Origin: Longimicrobiales bacterium
Lineage (GTDB): Bacteria; Gemmatimonadota; Gemmatimonadetes; Longimicrobiales; RSA9
Direction of reading: 5' to 3'
Assembly: GCA_035461105.1 (NCBI GenBank)
Contig: DATHVV010000129.1
Coordinates: 18,140-82,139 of the forward strand
Length of the DNA stretch: 64,000 nt
Below are positions 49,408 through 58,289 of the stretch, piece after piece. The position numbers and the translations under genes were made by a program. The notes beneath the pieces are model-generated. The model saw only the letters and a program-made list of their open reading frames with translations. It was not told where the DNA came from and did not search any database. Positions within the stretch are counted from its first letter, which is position 1. The number at the start of each line of letters is the position of its first letter.

Positions 49408-49477
49408 CGGGTGGGGGTGGGGGTGGGCGTGGGGGTGGGGGAAAGGCGGGGGTACGGCGGGCGGGGGCTGGGGGGCT
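49408..49477 (+). repeat. G-tract-rich element containing an imperfect (TGGGGG)5 hexamer microsatellite
   Basis: Plus strand reads gcgggTGGGGGTGGGGGTGGGCGTGGGGGTGGGGGaaaggcgggggtacggcgggcgggggctgggggg. It is intergenic between the rpoD stop and the rplM promoter. Confidence 0.85.
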
Positions 49478-49504
49478 CCCGCGCAGCGCTGGGCGAAGCG
49501 CACG

Positions 49505-49528
49505 CCGCCGGCGCGGGGGCGCCGGCGG
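49505..49528 (-). terminator. 10-bp GC hairpin immediately after the sigma-factor stop codon (no U-tract)
   Basis: CCGCCGGCGC-GGGG-GCGCCGGCGG, 2 nt from the TAA at 49531-49533. Confidence 0.35.
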
Positions 49529-49530
49529 GC

Positions 49531-50394
49531 TTACTTCGTCAGGTAGGTCTCCAGGTAACGCGCGCGGGAGGCGTGGCGCAGCCGGACCAGGGCCTTCTCC
49601 TTGATCTGGCGCACGCGCTCACGGGTGATGCCCAGCATGGCGCCGATCTCCTCGAGGGTCATCGGGTCATGCCCATCCTCGAGCCCGAAGTAGAGGCGCA
49701 GGACCTTCGCTTCGCGCTCCTTGAGTGTGCCGAGGGCCTCCTCGACGGTGCTGGCGAGGGCGCGCTCGTAGGTCTCGTCATCGGGCCCGGCGGAGAACTG
49801 GTCGGGCAGGTAGTCCAGCAGGCGGTTGTCCTCGCCGGGCGTGAGCGGCGCGTCGAGCGAGAGGTGCGTCTGCGAGATCGCCAGGGTCCGCTCCACTTCG
49901 TCCTCGGTCAGGTCCAGCTCACCGGCCAGCTCCTCGAGCGTCGGTTCGCGGCCGAGCTCCTGGAGCAGCGTGGAGGAACGCTTGCCGATGCGGTGCAGCG
50001 CACCGGCCCGGTTGAGCGGCACGCGCACGATGCGGCTCTGCTCGGCGAGCGCCTGCAGGATCGCCTGGCGGATCCACCAGACCGCGTACGAGATGAACTT
50101 GATGCCCTTGGTCTCGTCGAACTTGTGGGCGGCCCGGATCAGGCCGAGGTTGCCCTCGTTGATCAGGTCGCCGAGAGCGACACCCTGGTTCTGGTACTTC
50201 TTCGCGACCGAGACGACGAAGCGGAGGTTGGATCGGACCAGCTTGTCGAGCGCCTCCTCCTCACCTGCCCGGATGCGACCGGCGAGCTCGACCTCGTCCT
50301 CGCGGGTGAGCAGCGGGTAAGCGCTGATCTCCTTGAGGTACTGGTCCAGCGAGCTCTCCTCGTACTGTCCCCTGCGGCTGGAATTGAAGCCCAT
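49531..50394 (-). CDS. RNA polymerase sigma-70 family factor (group 1/2-like, compact 287 aa)
   Basis: Regions 1.2 to 4 are present: ...[20 protein letters not shown]...[38 protein letters not shown]...[12 protein letters not shown]...[24 protein letters not shown]... Confidence 0.93.
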   Translation of the reverse strand: MGFNSSRRGQYEESSLDQYLKEISAYPLLTREDEVELAGRIRAGEEEALDKLVRSNLRFVVSVAKKYQNQGVALGDLINEGNLGLIRAAHKFDETKGIKFISYAVWWIRQAILQALAEQSRIVRVPLNRAGALHRIGKRSSTLLQELGREPTLEELAGELDLTEDEVERTLAISQTHLSLDAPLTPGEDNRLLDYLPDQFSAGPDDETYERALASTVEEALGTLKEREAKVLRLYFGLEDGHDPMTLEEIGAMLGITRERVRQIKEKALVRLRHASRARYLETYLTK

Positions 50395-50478
50395 ACGGCA
50401 CTCCGGTGATGCGACGTCGTGTGGCCGGCCCCTGGTTGCGATCTATTCCGGCAGCATCCGCTGCGGCGCGTGCGCCGC

Positions 50479-51069
50479 CTAGTGCACGGTATGTCCAATG
50501 CGTGACCAGCGAATGCCGCGCGCTCCCGGCTGCGCGGCGCGAGTCGGAGCGACTGACACGTAGACGACGAGCGGCTCGCCCCGGATGGCTGCCCGGCGCA
50601 GGAGCCCCCGGGCGTACGACGCCGCGAGCAGCTGCTCGTTGCGATAGACCACTTTGCCGCGCATCTCACGCGTGTCACCGGGCACGCCGATGATGCGCTT
50701 CAGGTAGCTGGGTCGAGGGTCGTGGTCCGGATCGAAGATGACGATGTCGTCGCGGACCGGCTCCGTGAGCGCAGGGAGCGCGACGCCGGCGCGGGGTACG
50801 CGGGCGCCGAAGACGGCTTTGTTCACGAGGAGGAAATCGCCCGCAAGCAGCGTGTTCTCCATGCTTCCCGTCGGAATCCGGAACGCTTCGATGAGAAAAC
50901 TGCGAACGATCAGGAAGAAGCCGAGCGCGATGGCGAGCGCCCGCAACCAGCGCCAGGCCCAGCGCCCGGAGGCGAGTGGTGACGGAGCGGCGCCGGCGTA
51001 CCCTGATGCCGCGCGATCCGCTCCTCCGCACTGCCGCCGACTGCTGCTCGACCCGAGCACCCGGTTCAT
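50479..51069 (-). CDS. lepB: signal peptidase I (S26), compact and atypical
   Basis: 196 aa. TM segment, Ser box IPTGSMENTL, Lys box SYLKRIIGVPGD and a C-terminal ...GIRWSRIGHTVH. I could not find the GDNR..S.DSR box E. Confidence 0.78.
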   Translation of the reverse strand: MNRVLGSSSSRRQCGGADRAASGYAGAAPSPLASGRWAWRWLRALAIALGFFLIVRSFLIEAFRIPTGSMENTLLAGDFLLVNKAVFGARVPRAGVALPALTEPVRDDIVIFDPDHDPRPSYLKRIIGVPGDTREMRGKVVYRNEQLLAASYARGLLRRAAIRGEPLVVYVSVAPTRAAQPGARGIRWSRIGHTVH

Positions 51070-51136
51070 CCTAACCGAAGGTCAGTACGGTGTCAAACAC
51101 CAGTGGACCCGGCACTTCCCGCGCGAGGTCCGGTCT

Positions 51137-51196
51137 CCGCCCACCCCCGCCAGCCCCCTCATCCGTCTCCCTGTCCCTATCCCTATCCCTATCCCC
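51137..51196 (+). repeat. C-tract-rich element ending in (CCCTAT)3CCCC hexamer repeat (G-rich on the transcribed-sense minus strand)
   Basis: Plus strand reads ccgcccacccccgccagccccctcatccgtctccctgtCCCTATCCCTATCCCTATCCCC. The repeat core is at 51175-51196 and abuts the ALDH stop codon (51196-51198). Confidence 0.85.
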
Positions 51197-52689
51197 TAAA
51201 GATCATACGTGTCGATCTGCGCGCGCTGCAGGCGGCCGGAGTAGTCGACGTAGCCGACCTTCGTCTCGGAGTAGAAGTGGTAGACCTCCCAGCCGCCCTC
51301 GCGGTGACCATTGCCGGTCTGCTTGACGCCGCCGAAGGGAAGGTGCGCCTCGGCGCCGATCGTGGGAGCGTTCACGTACGTGATGCCGTTGTCGAGCTCG
51401 TTGAGCGCGCGGAAAGCGAGCTCGACGTCGCGCGTGTAGATCGAGCTGGAGAGGCCGTAGGGCACCTCGTTGTTCACGCGGATCGCCTCGTCCATGTCGC
51501 GGATCCGGATGACGCTGAGCACGGGTCCGAAGATCTCCTCGCAGGCGAGGCGTGAGCCGGGGCGGACGCCGCGCAGAATGGTGGGCTGGAAGAACCAGCC
51601 GTCGTCCAGAGCGGGGCCGGCGGCGCGGTCGCCGCCGAGCAGCACGTCGTCACCCTCGTTCCGGGCGATATCGACGTACTCGCCGCATTTCTCCATCGCC
51701 GACTCGTTGATCATCGGTCCCACGTCCACGCCCTCCTCGAGACCGGAGCCGAGACGCAGCTGCCCGGCGCGGTCCACGAGCAGCTGCAGCATGCGATCGT
51801 GAATCTTCTCGTGCAGCAGCAGCCGGCTGGTGGCGGTGCAGCGCTGTCCGGTGGTACCGAACGCGCCCCAGAGCGCGCCCTCCACGGCGAGCTCGAGGTC
51901 GGCGTCGTCCATGACGATCTGTGCGTTCTTGCCGCCCATCTCGAGCGAGAGCCGCTTGTGCATGCGGCCGCACACCTCGCCGAGCTGCGATCCGACTTCG
52001 GTCGAGCCGGTGAAGGAGATGAGGGCGATGTCGGGGTGCTCGACGATCGCGGCGCCGATCTTCGAGCCCGAGCCGTTCACGAGCTGGATGACCTCGGGCG
52101 GCAGGCCGGCCTCGAGCAGCGCCTCGACGAGCAGGGTGACGCTGTGAGGGACTTCCTCGGCGGGCTTGATGATGACGGCGTTGCCGCACACCAGCGCCGG
52201 GAAAGTCTTCCAGGTGGGGATCGCCATGGGGAAATTGAAGGGCGTGATCAGGCCGGCAATGCCGATCGGGCGCCGGTAGCTCATCGCCCACTTGTTACGC
52301 AGCTCGCTGGGCACGGTATGGCCGAACAGGCGGCGTCCCTCGCTGGCGGCGTAGTAGGCAGTGTCGATGCCCTCCTGCACGTCACCGCGCGTCTCGTTGA
52401 GCACCTTGCCCATCTCGCGCGTCATGGCGCGGGCGATCTCCTCCTTGCGCGCCGCCAGGATGTCGCCCGCACGCTTGATCACGTCGCCGCGCAGGGGCGC
52501 CGGCGTGCGCTTCCACAGCTCGAAGCCTCGTTTCGCGGATGCGACGGCGCGCTCCAGGTCCTCCTTCGTGGAGCGTGGCCATTCGCCGATGACGTCGTTC
52601 GTGTTGGCCGGGTTCAGGTTCTCCCGGTAATCGCCCTTGGCCGGCTCGACCCACTCGCCGGCGATGAAGTTCAGATGGCGCTGCGCCAC
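51196..52689 (-). CDS. NAD(P)+-dependent aldehyde dehydrogenase
   Basis: 497 aa, GTG start with GGGAG 7 nt upstream. Catalytic contexts LEMGGKNA and GQRCTATSR. Confidence 0.93.
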   Translation of the reverse strand: MAQRHLNFIAGEWVEPAKGDYRENLNPANTNDVIGEWPRSTKEDLERAVASAKRGFELWKRTPAPLRGDVIKRAGDILAARKEEIARAMTREMGKVLNETRGDVQEGIDTAYYAASEGRRLFGHTVPSELRNKWAMSYRRPIGIAGLITPFNFPMAIPTWKTFPALVCGNAVIIKPAEEVPHSVTLLVEALLEAGLPPEVIQLVNGSGSKIGAAIVEHPDIALISFTGSTEVGSQLGEVCGRMHKRLSLEMGGKNAQIVMDDADLELAVEGALWGAFGTTGQRCTATSRLLLHEKIHDRMLQLLVDRAGQLRLGSGLEEGVDVGPMINESAMEKCGEYVDIARNEGDDVLLGGDRAAGPALDDGWFFQPTILRGVRPGSRLACEEIFGPVLSVIRIRDMDEAIRVNNEVPYGLSSSIYTRDVELAFRALNELDNGITYVNAPTIGAEAHLPFGGVKQTGNGHREGGWEVYHFYSETKVGYVDYSGRLQRAQIDTYDL

Positions 52690-52705
52690 TTGGCTCTCCC
52701 TTTCA

Positions 52706-52723
52706 CGGGGTCCTGTGACCCCG
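52706..52723 (-). other. 7-bp stem-loop between the ntrC-like stop and the ALDH start
   Basis: The RNA reads CGGGGUC-ACAG-GACCCCG. There is no U-tract and the function is unknown. Confidence 0.3.
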
Positions 52724-52728
52724 CCCCG

Positions 52729-54096
<1,368 letters not shown>

Positions 54097-54097
54097 G

Positions 54098-54736
54098 TCA
54101 GGGCGCAGTGCCGCGGCCGACCAGCACGAGCGAATCGCCGCGGATGTAGGCGGATGTGGCGCCGCTCGGGAGCGGCAGCGGAATCGCGTCGGAGGGCAGG
54201 CCGGGCTCATCGCGCCGGCCGAGCCGGTTCAGGGCGGCCGGCACCAGGCGCCGGGGCAGCGGGATGCGGGCCACCGTGACCTGGTCGATCGCCAGCGCGA
54301 CCCGGTCGTTCGGGAGCGGGAGCAGCGAGCCGGTCAGCGTGAGCTCCGACGTGTCCGGCAGGATGGCGGCGGCCTGACCCAGCTCCGCCACGCTGGGCAG
54401 CCGGTCGATGGGCACGCGCGCGCCCAGGCGCAAGCGGTCGCCGTCCAGCTCGACCCGGGTGCTGTCCACGAAGCCGGGCAGCACGCCCGCGTAGCGGTAC
54501 CTGAGCAGGCTCTGCAGCTCGACCTCGCTCAATGCGACCCGCTCGCCGCGGCTCAGCGACTCCAGCTTGCGCTCCGCGGCGTCAGCCAGCTCCGGGCTCG
54601 GCAGCAGCACCGGCGTCGCGGGCGCGCCGCGCAGCTCGCGCCAGGCGCTGCCGAGGCGGTCGCGGTAGAGCCAGGCGCCGGCGAGCAGCGCGAGCACCAG
54701 CACCAGCACGATGATCCGCCGCAGGCACCCGAACAT
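54098..54736 (-). CDS. hypothetical membrane-anchored protein
   Basis: Trimmed to the ATG at 54736 (MFGCLRRIIVLVLVLALLAGAWLY...), with a single N-terminal TM segment. TGATG overlap with the thpR stop. No recognisable family. Confidence 0.5.
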   Translation of the reverse strand: MFGCLRRIIVLVLVLALLAGAWLYRDRLGSAWRELRGAPATPVLLPSPELADAAERKLESLSRGERVALSEVELQSLLRYRYAGVLPGFVDSTRVELDGDRLRLGARVPIDRLPSVAELGQAAAILPDTSELTLTGSLLPLPNDRVALAIDQVTVARIPLPRRLVPAALNRLGRRDEPGLPSDAIPLPLPSGATSAYIRGDSLVLVGRGTAP

Positions 54737-55296
54737 CAGGCGGCCAGCGGCGCGGCCAGCACGCACTCGTAGCGCGCGCCGCGGGGAGAGAGGTGACTGC
54801 GCATGAGGTCCACGGTTCCGATCTCGACGCAAGCGTCGTAAGTGATCCGGTCGAGCAGCGACGCCGCGTCGCGCAGCGTACCGGTCGGGGCATCGCGGCG
54901 GGTGCGCCCCACCGTGATGTGGGGGTGGAACCGGCGCGGCTCGGCCGGGAAGCCGAGCGGTGCGATCCCCTGCTCCACCGAGTGCTGCAGCGCCGCGAGG
55001 CGGTCGTGCGCCGCAACCCCGATCCAGAAGATGGCGGGGCGCCCGCGGCTGGGAAACGCGCCGGCGCCTGCCAGGCTCAACGTGAACGGAGCATGCCGCG
55101 CCGCGACGCGCGTGAGCGCGTCGACGACCGCCGGGAGAGCCGCGTCCGCTACCTCGCCGAGGAATTTCAGAGTCAGGTGGTAGGCCGACGCCTCCAGCCA
55201 GCGCACCGGCAGCGACGATTGCACCAGCGGAGCGAGGGCCGCCGCCATCTCGAGCCGCAACGGCTCGGGCAGGTTCACCGCGACGAACCCTCTCAT
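54736..55296 (-). CDS. thpR: RNA 2',3'-cyclic phosphodiesterase (2H family, ThpR/LigT)
   Basis: Trimmed to the ATG at 55296 (MRGFVAVNLPE...). Two HxT/S motifs are present: HLTLKFLG and HPHITVGR. Confidence 0.85.
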   Translation of the reverse strand: MRGFVAVNLPEPLRLEMAAALAPLVQSSLPVRWLEASAYHLTLKFLGEVADAALPAVVDALTRVAARHAPFTLSLAGAGAFPSRGRPAIFWIGVAAHDRLAALQHSVEQGIAPLGFPAEPRRFHPHITVGRTRRDAPTGTLRDAASLLDRITYDACVEIGTVDLMRSHLSPRGARYECVLAAPLAA

Positions 55297-55321
55297 GCCG
55301 GCCCGGCCTCGTGCGTCGGGC

Positions 55322-56500
55322 TCATGCCGGTCGCGCATCACGGGCGGTCGCGAGCACCTGGGCGACGGCCTCGATCGCGCGCTCCAGCTCGGCTTCCGTC
55401 GTCGTGCTGCCGATCGAGAAGCGCACCGCGCCGGTGCGGTCGGTACCGAGCAGACGGTGCACTTCCGGGGCGCAGTGCAGGCCCGGTCGCACGAGCACGC
55501 CGTGCTCGCGATCCAGGCGCAGCGCGAACGAGGCCGGGTCGATCGCGTCGGCGACTACCGTGACGATCGGCACCCCCTGGGGAGCGGCCGGCGAGAGCAC
55601 GCGCAGTCCGGGGATCGCGAGCAGGCCATCGCGCAGCGTCGCCTTCAGGTTGCCGAGGCGGGCGTGCACCCGTTCGATGGTGTCGTGCAGCACCAGCTCC
55701 GCGCCGGCGGCCATGCCGGCAATGCCGGGACCGTTCAGCGTGCCCGCTTCCAGGTGATCGGGCAGCGGCTCCGGCATGCGCGGCTGCATCGAATCGCCGC
55801 CCGTGCCGCCGACCAGCAGCGGCTCGATGTCGAGCCCGGGCCGCAGCCACAGGGCCCCCGTGCCCTGGGGTCCGAGCAGGCCCTTGTGGCCGGTCAGAGC
55901 GACGGCGTCGACGCCGCTCGCGGCGACCGCGAGCGGCGCATGACCGGCCAGCTGCGCCCCGTCCAGCAGGACGAGCGCGCCGGCGGCGTGCGCGCGCCGC
56001 GTGAGTGCCGTCACGTCGAGGGCAGTGCCGAGTACGTTGGAGGCGCCGTTCACCACGAGCAGGCGGGCCCCGTCCAGCGCCTCGTCGAGCGCGTCGTCAT
56101 CGAGGGCGCCGCTGGCGTCGCCGGGCACGAGCACGATCTCCACGCCGCGTTGTTCGCGCAGGCGGTACACGGGACGCAGCACCGCGTTGTGGTCGTACAC
56201 GGTGACCACCACGCGGTCGCCGGGACCGAGCAATCCGGCCAGCGCCGTATTGAGCGCGTGCGTGGCGTTGTGCATGAACGCGATGCGACCCGGATCGCCG
56301 GGGATGTCGAGCAGTCGCGCCAGCGCCTGCCGGCAGCGCAGCAGGACGCGCTCGGCCGCGATCGCCAGGCGATGGCTGCCGCGCCCGGGCGTGGCGCCGA
56401 TCTCCTCCAGGTACTCGACGACCGCGCGTGTGACGGCCGCCGGCCGGCGCGCCGTGGTGGCGGCATGGTCCAGGTAGATCAGGTCGGTGAGTGAGCTCAT
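55322..56500 (-). CDS. class-V aminotransferase / cysteine desulfurase family protein
   Basis: 392 aa. ...IYLDHAATT...ALTGHKGLLGPQG (PLP-binding Lys)...RPGLHCAPEVH (active-site Cys context). Confidence 0.88.
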   Translation of the reverse strand: MSSLTDLIYLDHAATTARRPAAVTRAVVEYLEEIGATPGRGSHRLAIAAERVLLRCRQALARLLDIPGDPGRIAFMHNATHALNTALAGLLGPGDRVVVTVYDHNAVLRPVYRLREQRGVEIVLVPGDASGALDDDALDEALDGARLLVVNGASNVLGTALDVTALTRRAHAAGALVLLDGAQLAGHAPLAVAASGVDAVALTGHKGLLGPQGTGALWLRPGLDIEPLLVGGTGGDSMQPRMPEPLPDHLEAGTLNGPGIAGMAAGAELVLHDTIERVHARLGNLKATLRDGLLAIPGLRVLSPAAPQGVPIVTVVADAIDPASFALRLDREHGVLVRPGLHCAPEVHRLLGTDRTGAVRFSIGSTTTEAELERAIEAVAQVLATARDARPA

Positions 56501-56709
56501 CCGTCCCCGCCCAGGTCGAGCGTTACGTAGCGGAATCCGAGCGCTTTCACACGAGGCGCGAGCGAGGCGATCTCGGCCACGGCATCGAGTCGCACGTTGC
56601 CAATGACTGCGATGCTGCGGTCATGGCCGGCAATGCCGACGCGCGCGTCGGCGAAGCCGGCATCCTGCAACAGCGTGCGCGCCGCTACCGCACGCTCGTC
56701 ATCACTCAT
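56497..56709 (-). CDS. small protein resembling the C-terminal domain of LarE
   Basis: 70 codons (MSDDERAVAARTLLQDAGFADARVGIAGHDRSIAVIGNVRLDAVAEIASLAPRVKALGFRYVTLDLGGDG). ATGA overlaps at both ends. It aligns by eye to the LarE tail ...RGLRELGYRELRVRHHGDAARIEL...ALQVAGFTRVLLDVEGY... Confidence 0.5.
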   Translation of the reverse strand: MSDDERAVAARTLLQDAGFADARVGIAGHDRSIAVIGNVRLDAVAEIASLAPRVKALGFRYVTLDLGGDG

Positions 56710-57584
56710 ACGCCCGTCCCCAGCTGCACCAGCGCCTCGTTCAGGGCACCGCGCCGGTACCCTTCGACATCGAGCAGCACCCGCGTGAAGCCGGCGACCT
56801 GCAGGGCCCGCACGATCGCGGCGGCATGTGCGGACACGGCGCAAAGCTCGGCTCCGGGCAGCTCGATGCGCGCGGCATCGCCATGATGGCGTACGCGCAG
56901 CTCCCGGTAGCCGAGCTCCCGCAGCCCGCGCTCCGCCGCCTCCACCTGGGCCAGCCGTTCCGGGGTCACGGCCAGGCCGTAGGGGAGACGGCTCGCCAGG
57001 CAGGGCGCGGCGGGCTGGTCCCAGGTCGGCAGGCCGAAGGCGCGCGAGAGTGCCCGGATATCCGCCTTCGTCAGCTCGGCCTCGAGCAGCGGGGCCCGCA
57101 CCGCGTGCTCCTGCGCCGCGCGCGCACCGGGACGATGGTCGCGGACGTCGTCCGCGTTCGAGCCGTCCAGTAGTTGTGCGAGGCCGCGCACCGCAGCGAC
57201 CGTGGCCAGCCGCCGCCACAGCTCGGTCTTGCAGAAGTAGCACCGGTTCGCAGGATTGGCGGCGTAGTTCGCGTCGTCCAGCTCGTCGGTATCGATCTCC
57301 AGGTGAGGCACGCCGATGAGCGCGGCGCAGTGCCGCGCCGCAGCGCGCTGAACCTCGGGTACCGACGCGCTGATGCCGGTCACGGCGAGGACTGCGTCGG
57401 TGCCGAGCGCCTGTACCGCGGCCTGCGCGAGCAGCACGCTGTCCACTCCCCCCGAGTACCCGATGCATACCGAGCCGCACTCGCGCAGCAGCGCGAGCAG
57501 GCGCGCGTAGCGTTCGCGCAGTCCTGGTTCGAGCTGCTCGAACGCGGTGCTCCCGCGCGGCGATCGTTCCTGCATCGGGCTCAT
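56706..57584 (-). CDS. larE: PP-loop ATP pyrophosphatase, LarE-like sulfur transferase family (three-Cys type)
   Basis: 292 aa. PP-loop GYSGGVDS, a CxxC motif (RCYFCKTELW) and PCLASRLPYG. Confidence 0.85.
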   Translation of the reverse strand: MSPMQERSPRGSTAFEQLEPGLRERYARLLALLRECGSVCIGYSGGVDSVLLAQAAVQALGTDAVLAVTGISASVPEVQRAAARHCAALIGVPHLEIDTDELDDANYAANPANRCYFCKTELWRRLATVAAVRGLAQLLDGSNADDVRDHRPGARAAQEHAVRAPLLEAELTKADIRALSRAFGLPTWDQPAAPCLASRLPYGLAVTPERLAQVEAAERGLRELGYRELRVRHHGDAARIELPGAELCAVSAHAAAIVRALQVAGFTRVLLDVEGYRRGALNEALVQLGTGV

Positions 57585-57624
57585 GGGGGAAGCTTAGAGC
57601 CTGTCCCCCGACACAACAAGCCGT

Positions 57625-58167
57625 TCAGAAGAGATCACCCTGCTGCCGGCCGGCCGCCGGGTAGCGTACCCGGGCGTCCGCCCCGATCACCGCATGCGGG
57701 TTGAGGGAATGGAGATCGGCGCGACCGGGCGAGAGGATGTGGCGCACCTCCACGTCGCGCGCCACGAGGGCGTCCGCGATCAGCTGGCGGTGGCACCGCC
57801 ACGGGACCGCCTCGGCACACATGATGGCGGTGACCCGCCGCTGCGCGCCGCGCCGCAGCTCGTCGAAGGCCTGCTGCCAGGCGGGGTCATCCATGTGATC
57901 GGCATAGGCCCGGAAGCCGGCCGAGCGCCAGGCATCGTTCGGCGAGTCGGCGCGCGGCGTGCGCCGCCCGCCCAGCTCCGGCGCATGCTCGTAGGCGATG
58001 CCGCGGACGGGCAGCTCGGCCGCGAGCGACTCTCCGGAGAAGTGCGGGTGGCGCCGCGATGCGGGATACCGCCGCACATCGACGAGTCGCTCCACCCCGT
58101 GGCTCAGCAGCAATCCCAGGAACTCCGCGAGCGGTCGCGTCGAGTGTCCGATCGTGAACAGCGTCAT
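57625..58167 (-). CDS. DUF488 family protein
   Basis: Trimmed to the ATG at 58167 (MTLFTIGHSTRPLAEFLGLLLSHGVERLVDVRR...AIMCAEAVPWRCHRQLIAD...), 180 aa. Confidence 0.85.
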   Translation of the reverse strand: MTLFTIGHSTRPLAEFLGLLLSHGVERLVDVRRYPASRRHPHFSGESLAAELPVRGIAYEHAPELGGRRTPRADSPNDAWRSAGFRAYADHMDDPAWQQAFDELRRGAQRRVTAIMCAEAVPWRCHRQLIADALVARDVEVRHILSPGRADLHSLNPHAVIGADARVRYPAAGRQQGDLF

Positions 58168-58289
58168 GTCGCCGAAGAGCGCGGGAATCGGGCCAGCGCG
58201 AAGGAGGCGCACAGCGGACCCCCTCGCGGCGGTTGGGAAATGGATTCGCGGACGCCGAAAAGGACGAGCCAGGTACGCGGGCGGCGCGC

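Noticed and set aside
49408-49477. Hexamer repeat blocks (here and at 51175..51196) as a CRISPR array or coding repeat (ORF 49411..50409 begins [11 protein letters not shown]).
   Set aside because: The units are 6 nt with no spacers, so this is not CRISPR. The ORF is an artefact of the repeat running into the antisense strand of the sigma-factor gene.
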